Shown here: positions 1-7,607 of the stretch, in pieces
Numbering within the stretch: the first letter of the stretch is position 1
Layout of the letters: each line of letters opens with the position of its first letter
NCBI GenBank assembly: GCA_038116375.1
Contig: JAYNUQ010000008.1
Span: 305-64,304 of the forward strand
Direction of reading: 5' to 3'
Source: Candidatus Poseidoniales archaeon
GTDB taxonomy: Archaea > Thermoplasmatota > Poseidoniia > Poseidoniales > Poseidoniaceae
Length of the DNA: 64,000 bases
Notes under the pieces: generated by a model
What the model was told of the DNA's origin: nothing
What the model saw: the letters and a program-made list of their open reading frames with translations, nothing else
Databases searched by the model: none
Translations under genes and position numbers: made by a program

Positions 1-11
1 GAGAGAGAACC

Positions 12-161
12 ATGGTTGAACTCGTCGACTACAAGTGTGCCAATTGCGGAAACCTCGAATCGTTCCACCGAGAGCGCAACGGTATCAGCTGCAAGGCATG
101 CGGTTCCCGCATTTTCATGAAACTCCGCCGCCACGGCACGAAGCGCCTCAGCGCTGAGTGA
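12..161 (+). CDS. rpoP: DNA-directed RNA polymerase subunit P (Rpb12 homologue), 49 aa; below the ORF-track size cutoff
   Basis: Own translation MVELVDYKCANCGNLESFHRERNGISCKACGSRIFMKLRRHGTKRLSAE. Two CxxC pairs (zinc ribbon) followed by a basic tail, as in archaeal RpoP. ATG at 12, TGA at 159-161. Confidence 0.8.
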   Translation: MVELVDYKCANCGNLESFHRERNGISCKACGSRIFMKLRRHGTKRLSAE

Positions 162-209
162 GGAATTTCTCTCGCAGAGTTCAAAGACCATGGTCCAACC
201 TTTCGGTTC

Positions 210-1367
210 ATGACCGTCTGGCTTGAGCAATACAAGCCCGTTTTGTTTGACGATCTGCTCACCTCTCAGAGCGTGATTGATGCACTGAAGAACCTCGCAC
301 TCCAAGCCAACCCCCCACATCTTCTCCTCTCCGGCCCCACAGGATGCGGAAAAACCGCCGCCCTGCAACTCGTGTGCCGCCAGGTGTTGGGCCCATCTTG
401 GCAAGCGACAACCCACGTCCTGCAGGCACGTGATTTGGACAAGACATCAGGGGCCATGGCCAAATTTGAGGCCTTTCTCCGTCCCGAAGGCGCAGGTTCG
501 GAAGATACGCTCGCAGGGCGAACAAGCCTTGACGCCTTTGACCACGGCATCAGCGCCTCAGGAGAGGCATCTCCTCCACCTGCTGGAGAAGAATCGGCCG
601 CTCCAGAGGCAGGCACCTTTGCCGCCGTTTCGCGCATCATCATCATCGAAGATGCAGATTATCTCGGCCACGCGCGACAGTCCTACCTTCGAAGGATGAT
701 GGAAGAAAGCAGCCGCAGCGCTCGTTTTCTCTTCACCACCCATACGCCGTCTCGTATCATTGAGGCACTGCGCAGTCGAACCCAACACATTCGAATGCCA
801 TCACTCACCCGACTCCAAATTGAGCAGCGTTTGGAACACATCACCAAACATGAGAGCCTTCAGCCTGCACCTGGCGTACTCGGGGACGTTGCCCATGTTG
901 CCAACGGCAACCTGCGCAAAGCGATGTTTACGGTGCAGTTGCTTGCCCAACGCAACCTCTTGAACGACCGAAAGAACGTTCAAATTTTGATGGCAAACAG
1001 CAGCCGAAGAGAAGTGCAATTGGTTCTTGAGGAAGCCCTCAGAGGCCGAGTCCACGAATGGAAGTGGGAACGCCATGGCGAGAAAAACGCGCGTGTCCTC
1101 AAAGGCGCCATGGGTGCCTTGGATCAAATGATGTCAAACCACGATATTGACGGCAGGGGGATGGTCGACCGTCTTCATCACTTTCTGGTGGCGGGACGAA
1201 CGCACTATCCTGAACCGCTTCTTGCCGACCTCCTGAATGCAGTATCGGCTTGTGACATGAAACTCCAGAGGTCCGCACAACAGCGCATTCAGTTGGAAGA
1301 ACTCCTGCATCGTTTTGCCGAAATCGGCGAACACCATCTTCGCTCTCCCTCATCGCAACCGTCATGA
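210..1367 (+). CDS. rfc: Replication factor C (clamp loader) small-subunit-like AAA+ protein, divergent
   Basis: N-terminal WLEQYKPVLFDDL (RFC box II-like), Walker A GPTGCGKT, Walker B IIIIEDADYL, sensor-1 region ALRSRTQHIRMPSL (SRC motif present as SRT). A low-complexity insert lies between Walker A and Walker B. Confidence 0.7.
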   Translation: MTVWLEQYKPVLFDDLLTSQSVIDALKNLALQANPPHLLLSGPTGCGKTAALQLVCRQVLGPSWQATTHVLQARDLDKTSGAMAKFEAFLRPEGAGSEDTLAGRTSLDAFDHGISASGEASPPPAGEESAAPEAGTFAAVSRIIIIEDADYLGHARQSYLRRMMEESSRSARFLFTTHTPSRIIEALRSRTQHIRMPSLTRLQIEQRLEHITKHESLQPAPGVLGDVAHVANGNLRKAMFTVQLLAQRNLLNDRKNVQILMANSSRREVQLVLEEALRGRVHEWKWERHGEKNARVLKGAMGALDQMMSNHDIDGRGMVDRLHHFLVAGRTHYPEPLLADLLNAVSACDMKLQRSAQQRIQLEELLHRFAEIGEHHLRSPSSQPS

Positions 1368-1390
1368 AAGGTCGCACATCAGCATGCCTT

Positions 1391-1467
1391 GGGCGTGTAG
1401 CACAGCTGGATAATGCACCGGCCTCCTAAGCCGGAGATCGCGGGTTCGAATCCTGCCACGCCCGCCA
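1391..1467 (+). tRNA. tRNA-Arg (anticodon CCU), 3' CCA genomically encoded
   Basis: Hand-folded cloverleaf. Acceptor GGGCGTG/CACGCCC. Anticodon stem CCGGC/GCCGG with loop CTCCTAA. T arm GCGGG-TTCGAAT-CCTGC. Discriminator G followed by CCA. Confidence 0.9.
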
Positions 1468-1520
1468 AATAATGGACAAGAGCCATAATCAAGCCCGTTA
1501 CCCCGTTGAATGGGGATGAC

Positions 1521-3032
1521 ATGGCCGACGATGCGCCCGACGCTGCTGCGGTGCTTCCCGATCCGTACGGCCACGGATTTTCACGGGCAGAAAATCCCGT
1601 CGAGCGCACCATCGAAAAATGGCAGCAGCAAGAACAGCTCCGCATGCGTTTTGGTCGGTTTGCTCGGCATCAGGCACCCATGACGGTTCGCCTCCTCTTT
1701 GGGGCGAGCGTCGCCGTCGTCGCTCTCTTTTCCGTCATTTCACCTTCCTTTGCACCCGCCAATCCCGGGTACGTAGCGCTGTTCTGGCTATTGCCTCTGC
1801 TTGCGGGAACGGTCCCTCCACTTCTCGCAGGTGAGGCGATGTGGCAATCCATTCAGGCCCGTATCTCCATCCGTGAAATCGATGACCACACGCACGGGGG
1901 GAAACTATCGCTTCGCTCTCAGCCGGGAATGGACCGAATTCTCGAGGGGCTCACCGATGTCCGTCGGCACAACACGGTGAACATTTTGCTTGCGTTCAGC
2001 GCCGTCACGCTCCTTGGTTTGGGGACCGTTATCCGTGAAGATTCTCTTGTTTGGAACCTTTCATTTTTGGTCTCCATGACCCTTGGTTTCGCTCATTCCT
2101 TCCATGCGTTCTTCACGTCGGATTCCGTCCGTCAGCAAGGCGACCACATGCCCTGTCTTGTCCATCATGCCCCCACCCATCACCCGACGCAATTGGGCTC
2201 AATTCTTGGCGAATTGATCGTGCTCCACCTCGACCCAGATCTCTATCTTGACTGGCGTTCATGGCTTGAAGACTTTAGAAAGAGCATTCTTCCCGGCTAC
2301 GACAAAGACCAATCATGGGAACGCGTTCTCTACATTCTTCATCTGAATGCCAAGGGTGACTTGAGCGATAGCATCGCCATGAACGAACTGAACGAGTTTA
2401 TTCGTCCTGACGCCATACGGGAAATCTTGCTTGACGACGATGCGAAGTTCAACTGGCGCTCTCTTCAACGCTTGTTGGCCCACGCACGGGTGTGGCAACC
2501 GAGTGCGTTCCGATTGCTTGAGCGTCTGCAACTTGACCTGCTCTCAGGTGCACCGAACATGCTGCGCTCTCCTTGGCGAATGGACGTGGCGCTCGACCCG
2601 GAATGCGATGAGGGAACAGGGCACCTCTTCATCGCCCTCAACAATCAGACCTTTGAACAGGCCGTTGCAAGAATCGAAGTTGTCTGCCCGGGTGGCGAAC
2701 CCTTTGCTCGAGACCATCGATTTGAACTGCAAGCCTGCCCTCCTCCACGAAACGCCGTCAGTCTCAATGCCGAAGGCGAAGATGACGCATTGGACTGGGT
2801 GCCTCGCTATTTGCAGCAAGGGGTCGTTCTTTGGCTGGGCGTGGCTTGGCCAGAGCGAGAAGAAACTGAGCGATACGTTCAGGTCATTCTCCGCGACGAA
2901 GAAGGCGTTGTCATCGAGTCAAGGGTGCTTCGTACGGTTGTGAAGCGAAAATCCAACCTTCAATCGCGGACCAAGAACCGTAATTTGGAACGCGCTCGCC
3001 AGTGGGCAACACGTCCACTGCCCAAGGCCTGA
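1521..3032 (+). CDS. Hypothetical membrane protein with N-terminal hydrophobic segments and a large soluble C-terminal region
   Basis: Long ORF with high GC3. The ATG at 1521 is preferred over the track's TTG at 1506. Hydrophobic stretches include VRLLFGASVAVVALFSVI and LFWLLPLLAGTVPPLL. No family recognised. Confidence 0.5.
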   Translation: MADDAPDAAAVLPDPYGHGFSRAENPVERTIEKWQQQEQLRMRFGRFARHQAPMTVRLLFGASVAVVALFSVISPSFAPANPGYVALFWLLPLLAGTVPPLLAGEAMWQSIQARISIREIDDHTHGGKLSLRSQPGMDRILEGLTDVRRHNTVNILLAFSAVTLLGLGTVIREDSLVWNLSFLVSMTLGFAHSFHAFFTSDSVRQQGDHMPCLVHHAPTHHPTQLGSILGELIVLHLDPDLYLDWRSWLEDFRKSILPGYDKDQSWERVLYILHLNAKGDLSDSIAMNELNEFIRPDAIREILLDDDAKFNWRSLQRLLAHARVWQPSAFRLLERLQLDLLSGAPNMLRSPWRMDVALDPECDEGTGHLFIALNNQTFEQAVARIEVVCPGGEPFARDHRFELQACPPPRNAVSLNAEGEDDALDWVPRYLQQGVVLWLGVAWPEREETERYVQVILRDEEGVVIESRVLRTVVKRKSNLQSRTKNRNLERARQWATRPLPKA

Positions 3033-3130
3033 GGGCGTCTTTTTCCCGAGTACGGCGCTCATCTTTGTGATGGCGGAAGCGCGCACCTTATGTCGGTCCT
3101 CTGCTTCGCCAGCAACAGGGGCGTTTTGGA

Positions 3131-4750
3131 ATGGAAGCATGGGATGTCATTGTGCTTGGCGACGGGCCTGCAGCTCTCCACGCTGCCGCAGAGGCGGCGA
3201 AGTCAGGTGCGAGCACCTTGATGATGTCCTCAACAGGACTCGGAAACCCCGGTACAGCAGCACTTGATGGCCTCTCTGCCTCGCTTCAAGAGTCCAACAA
3301 TCGGAGCCACCGGGAAGACACCATTCGATGCGGGGCCTTTCTTTGCGATCAAGACATTGTGGCTGAAACCACGTCAGGCGCCACCAAGGTCGTTGACCTC
3401 CTTGAGCGCCGAGGTCTGAATTTCCGACGAGATCAACAAGGCCTCCCCATGGTTCGAAAAGCCTCCGGCCATCAGCAGCCACGAACCGTGGATGCCGGTA
3501 GCGCAACCGCCCTTGGCCTGCAGCACCTCGGCGAAGAACAATGCATGCGCCACGGCGTTATACGTCGAGGCGACCAAATCCCGCTCACCCTCGTTCACAC
3601 GAACCAATCCGTGGAAGGGCTTGTGGCGGTTGACATGGTCAACGGTCGCATCATCGGTCTTCAGTGCAAAGCCCTCATCATCGCTGATGACGGATTTGAA
3701 GGCGCCTTTTCGTCAGGAGTGGTCGGACTTGGAATGGACATGGCGTTTCGTACAGGGATTGCGCTGCGAGACATGGAATTCATGACCCGTTATCCTCTGG
3801 TCATCAAGGGCACCGATGTCTTCTTGCCCGCTGGGCTTCTTCTCGATGGCGCACAACTTCACGAGGCCTCAGGCGCTGCAATTGAAACCGATGGGCAATC
3901 CATGTTGGAGATCACAGCATCGATTTCTCAAGCCGTGCAACCGGTCTTGGACGCCCGGAACATGGGACAAAGCACCTCCTGGTGGGGTTCACTTTTCCGA
4001 CTGGTCAAGCAGCGCACTGGAATTGACATGAACCGTCAAACCGTCCCCCTCGCTCCGACGGTTGGCCATACCGTTGGTGGCTTGCCGGTCGATGGCAACG
4101 GTCGCTGTGTTGTTGGCACTTGGTCCCGTTGGTTCACTGGCCTCTACGCTGCTGGCGATGCAGCCTGCACCGGCGTTCACGGGGCAGCTCCACTCACGGG
4201 CAATCGTCTTCTCGACGCTCTCACATCAGGAAGCGCAGCCGGCCAACACGCTGGTGGATGGGTGAGCGATAGGAAATTCAGTACGGCAGCAAACCTGGAA
4301 ACAGCAATCGCTCAAGCCGAAGCCGATGTCTCTGCCGTCATGGACGCCGGTGAGGCAACGCACGTGGTTCGATGCGGTACGGTGATGGCGAACCTTCACG
4401 CAGCAATGGGTTCAACCTCGGCCTTCTCGGCTGAGAGCATGGACAACCTGATCAATAAACTCGAACAGCTGAACATCACCGCTGAATCCCTCCACGTGGA
4501 CCAACCCTCCCTGATTGCCAACACGAATCTCCTCGAGGTTCTACGCACGCAAGCCGCCGTCCGAATGGTGATGGCTTCGGTCCAAAGCGGGCGCGCTCGA
4601 GAGGAATCCCGCGGCTCGTTTGCTCGCGAAGATTTCCCTGAATCCAACGATGAGTTCCTCCACCACATCACCGTGGACCGGAACGGGTCCGTTGGAACAT
4701 TAGCCGTCAAGAAAGGAGCAGGCGGCCACTGGGTTCTTCCTCCACAATGA
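3131..4750 (+). CDS. FAD-dependent flavoprotein of the succinate dehydrogenase/fumarate reductase/L-aspartate oxidase family, with substituted active-site motifs
   Basis: N-terminal dinucleotide fold DVIVLGDGPAALHAA. Family blocks HREDTIRCGAFLCDQDIV, GLYAAGDAACTGVHGA and EESRGSFAREDFP are present. No adjacent Fe-S subunit gene. Confidence 0.65.
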   Translation: MEAWDVIVLGDGPAALHAAAEAAKSGASTLMMSSTGLGNPGTAALDGLSASLQESNNRSHREDTIRCGAFLCDQDIVAETTSGATKVVDLLERRGLNFRRDQQGLPMVRKASGHQQPRTVDAGSATALGLQHLGEEQCMRHGVIRRGDQIPLTLVHTNQSVEGLVAVDMVNGRIIGLQCKALIIADDGFEGAFSSGVVGLGMDMAFRTGIALRDMEFMTRYPLVIKGTDVFLPAGLLLDGAQLHEASGAAIETDGQSMLEITASISQAVQPVLDARNMGQSTSWWGSLFRLVKQRTGIDMNRQTVPLAPTVGHTVGGLPVDGNGRCVVGTWSRWFTGLYAAGDAACTGVHGAAPLTGNRLLDALTSGSAAGQHAGGWVSDRKFSTAANLETAIAQAEADVSAVMDAGEATHVVRCGTVMANLHAAMGSTSAFSAESMDNLINKLEQLNITAESLHVDQPSLIANTNLLEVLRTQAAVRMVMASVQSGRAREESRGSFAREDFPESNDEFLHHITVDRNGSVGTLAVKKGAGGHWVLPPQ

Positions 4751-5205
4751 AGAAAGACATCGGGCCTCACCGACACTGTATGACTACACTCTTTGAGAGG
4801 ATTCTCTCCGGTGAACTTCCTTCACATCGCGTCTCCAGCGGTGAAGGGTGGTACGCCTTCCTTGACATCTTCCCACGACGTGAAGGGCACACGCTGGTCA
4901 TTCCCGTTCGCCCTGCTCAGCGGCTTGGAGATTTGGATGAAAAGGAACGAAGCGACCTCATGAAAGGGGTCGCTCACGTCCAACATCTGCTCGGGCGGCA
5001 TTTCGAGACATCGGACTTTACGCTCTGCATCCACGACGGCCCTCTCGCCGGGCAAGAAGTCCCTCATGTCCACGTTCATGTTCTCCCGCGCACTGCGGGC
5101 GATGGCGGGGGGACGTTGATGTCGATGTGGCCGAACATGTCCGCCAATGAACCCGATCATGATGCCCTCGGGGCCCTTGCAGATAGAATTCAGGACGTGA
5201 AGTGA
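4747..5205 (+). CDS. HIT-family (histidine triad) nucleotide hydrolase/transferase
   Basis: Histidine triad VPHVHVHVLPR. Size is typical of HINT proteins. ATGA overlap with the upstream gene. Confidence 0.85.
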   Translation: MKKDIGPHRHCMTTLFERILSGELPSHRVSSGEGWYAFLDIFPRREGHTLVIPVRPAQRLGDLDEKERSDLMKGVAHVQHLLGRHFETSDFTLCIHDGPLAGQEVPHVHVHVLPRTAGDGGGTLMSMWPNMSANEPDHDALGALADRIQDVK

Positions 5206-6839
5206 TGGCTGCAGTCGATGCCGAAGAAGAGGAGATGGTTCACAACGGAGAAGTGCTCCCCATCCTCTCGGCTTCTGCAAAGAACATGAAGATAGACAGG
5301 CTGTTGAATGCCCCTCTTCCTACCTACGATTCCTCGGTTCCTGGTTCCTATTTGTGGACAAAAATTGCGTTTTGGATGTGCCGCAGGGTTGCCAGCGTCC
5401 AATTTCGAACAACATCGTCCAGTACGTTTACGCCCCTTTCTGCAGGGGGCGCTGGTGCCATGTGCTGCGGATGGCATACGAACGGGTTGATGGACCCGCT
5501 TGGAATTTTTTTGAACCACCCCAAAGAATTCGTCGTCGGGGCTCGCCACGACCTCGTCACTCGCCCGCTTCTTGGGTGGTGGACGCGCCGTTTGGCCGTT
5601 CAGCCCGTTGTTCGAAAGGCTGAGCTCTTACGAGGGGGTTGCACAGAAGAAGAGGCCCTGCACCTCAACGGGCGCTCGCTTCTGGCCCTTTCAAGCGGTA
5701 TCGCTCACGGATTTGGTTGTGTTCTCTTTCCCGAGGGAACCAGCCACAGCGAATCTCACATGATCCGTTTCAAGACGGGCCCCATTCGAACGGTGCTGGC
5801 GGCAGCAGCTTTGGCGAAAGCCAACCAACTTCCTCTTCCGCAACTTGTTCCCGTTGGTTTGCACTTCCGTCGCCGAGAGTTGTTTCGGACCGACCAATAC
5901 GTCGAGTTCGGCGAACCCATCACGTTGCACGACGACATGATTTCCGATGCCATGGTCACTGCCGTGGACCAGGGAGGGTGGGTTGAACCACCGGTTGACG
6001 TTGTGCATCGTATTCGTGATGAACTTCAAGCACGCCTTCCTTCGATGACGCCCAATACGGCAACTTGGAAGGAGCACAGGGCACTGCATCTTCTTGCGCA
6101 CGCAGAGGCCCGCCAAAACGAGCAACGACTTCCCAACTGGCAGGCAGAGGTCCATGCGGCGCGAAAGGTCCGTGAACATTGGCCAAATCGGACCCCTGCA
6201 TTCCCCCCTCAACCCCTCTCTGGAACACGATTTGAACTTGCTTCAGAGGCAGCAGAACTGCTCGAGGCCAGAGGATTGGACGGGCGTGATTTGGGTCCAA
6301 AGGGCCGATTGTTCCGCAAAACCCGACTCTCTCGTTTCCCTTCCGCCATGTTGGCGCTCATGACCTTCCTGTTACTCTTGCCGTTTTCAATCACCTCCCT
6401 TGGCTTCCAGATCACCCTTGGGCGCGTGCTTGGCGACTCGACCGACGAGGGGCTTGATGCGAGAACAAGTTATCAGTTTCTGGCGGCGTTTTTCGGCTCA
6501 CTGCTGGTGTGGCCCGTCGTCGCCGTTGTATGGACGGGAGCCGTTTGGTTCAATCAGGAGGCCATCGGTCAAGCGTTTGGATGGAGTTCTGAATGGTTAT
6601 TCCTCGGCTCCACGTCTCCATTCACAGGTATGGCTATCACCTATCTGCTGTGTTTCCCCGTGTTCTGGGCCAGTGGGAAATCCTTCGCTGCCGCTTGGGA
6701 TGTTTGGGTTGATGTTCGAAAAGCATGGGTGCGTGCCCGGTTCCCTCTCGAAGAGCAAAATCGACTCAGGCATCTTCTTTCGGAACTTTCCTCCGAACGG
6801 GTGCATTCAAACGGGATGAGCGACTCGGATACTCCATGA
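5205..6839 (+). CDS. Glycerolipid acyltransferase (PlsC/GPAT superfamily, Sct1/AAK14816-like subgroup) with C-terminal transmembrane region
   Basis: Motif I-like WHTNGLMDP (H-x5-D, as in the HANQFxD subgroup). Motif III VLFPEGTSHSE. Motif IV-like IRFKTGPIR. C-terminal hydrophobic helices LALMTFLLLLPFSI and FFGSLLVWPVVAVVW. Confidence 0.65.
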   Translation: MAAVDAEEEEMVHNGEVLPILSASAKNMKIDRLLNAPLPTYDSSVPGSYLWTKIAFWMCRRVASVQFRTTSSSTFTPLSAGGAGAMCCGWHTNGLMDPLGIFLNHPKEFVVGARHDLVTRPLLGWWTRRLAVQPVVRKAELLRGGCTEEEALHLNGRSLLALSSGIAHGFGCVLFPEGTSHSESHMIRFKTGPIRTVLAAAALAKANQLPLPQLVPVGLHFRRRELFRTDQYVEFGEPITLHDDMISDAMVTAVDQGGWVEPPVDVVHRIRDELQARLPSMTPNTATWKEHRALHLLAHAEARQNEQRLPNWQAEVHAARKVREHWPNRTPAFPPQPLSGTRFELASEAAELLEARGLDGRDLGPKGRLFRKTRLSRFPSAMLALMTFLLLLPFSITSLGFQITLGRVLGDSTDEGLDARTSYQFLAAFFGSLLVWPVVAVVWTGAVWFNQEAIGQAFGWSSEWLFLGSTSPFTGMAITYLLCFPVFWASGKSFAAAWDVWVDVRKAWVRARFPLEEQNRLRHLLSELSSERVHSNGMSDSDTP

Positions 6840-7468
6840 CGCCAGACGAGACGGTTGAACTGCTCAAACAATGGCTCACCGAAGAACGTCTTTCGGCAAA
6901 AGCTCAGAAAGACCCGCGTGCCCACGCCCATTTTCTCGTTCGCTACCCCAGCGGAAAACAAGGACACATGTTCGCCATCGTCGTGCCAAAAGAAAGGGAT
7001 TTGGTGGCCGTTTCCAGCATGACGCGCGTTGACGAAGGCCAACAAAAAGAGATGAACGACCACATGAACGATGAGGACAGCGACTGGTCTGAATGGATTC
7101 ACGAGAGCCGCTTGCATCTTATCCGAACGGGCGTTGATTGGGTCATTCACATGGGGCATCAAGGCGAAAAGAAACCAGGGCCGCTTCAGGCCTTCAACGT
7201 GAGCCTCCCCATCTGGTTTGACGGCTTGACCAAGCATGAATTCATGAACAGCTTGCGCCGACTTTGGCTCGCCAAACTCGCGCTCATTCACGAGATCAAA
7301 TATTCCTACGGCCCCGGGGTGGGCAAACCAGGGCCCGTTGATGACTGGGCCAAATCAAAGCCAACCAACACCGGCTTTGTCCCCGAAAAATTGAGTCCTA
7401 CAGCAGAAATCGAATTCGATGAGAAAATGTCGTTTGGTTCAGGCTTCGACCCTACTGAATGGGCTTAA
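6836..7468 (+). CDS. Hypothetical soluble protein, 210 aa
   Basis: The ATG at 6836 overlaps the upstream stop (ATGA). High GC3. The opposite-strand ORF 6641..7291 looks like a shadow. No family recognised with confidence. Confidence 0.5.
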   Translation: MTPDETVELLKQWLTEERLSAKAQKDPRAHAHFLVRYPSGKQGHMFAIVVPKERDLVAVSSMTRVDEGQQKEMNDHMNDEDSDWSEWIHESRLHLIRTGVDWVIHMGHQGEKKPGPLQAFNVSLPIWFDGLTKHEFMNSLRRLWLAKLALIHEIKYSYGPGVGKPGPVDDWAKSKPTNTGFVPEKLSPTAEIEFDEKMSFGSGFDPTEWA

Positions 7469-7558
7469 AATCGCAAATTTGCCACATCTTCCGTCCTGTG
7501 GCTTTGTTCATGCCATGTGTGGCGCAATCCCCCGAAACATGACCGATAGGGCGCGCGG

Positions 7559-7573
7559 TTAAGTATGATAAAT
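7559..7573 (+). promoter_or_regulatory. TATA-like promoter element TTAAGTATGATAAAT upstream of the giant surface-protein gene
   Basis: The only AT-rich block in a GC-rich intergenic region, about 35-50 nt upstream of ATG 7608. Near-identical to the element upstream of tfb (26023..26036). Confidence 0.45.
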
Positions 7574-7607
7574 GACACGAAATCTTGTAGAAGTCTGGGG
7601 TATACCT

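Noticed and set aside
480-640. Insert in the RFC-like protein considered as a mini-intein
   Set aside because: It is only about 50 aa, is low complexity, and lacks the Cys/Ser-start and His-Asn-end splicing motifs.
1391-1467. tRNA-Arg as an attachment site for an integrated element
   Set aside because: No integrase, recombinase or phage-like gene lies on either side. I did not see a direct repeat of the tRNA 3' half nearby. Flanking gene composition looks native.
6641-7291. 216-aa minus-strand ORF overlapping the end of the acyltransferase gene and the next gene
   Set aside because: The plus-strand genes have start/stop coupling and better coding composition. The minus-strand ORF would overlap two plus-strand genes and has no recognisable motif.
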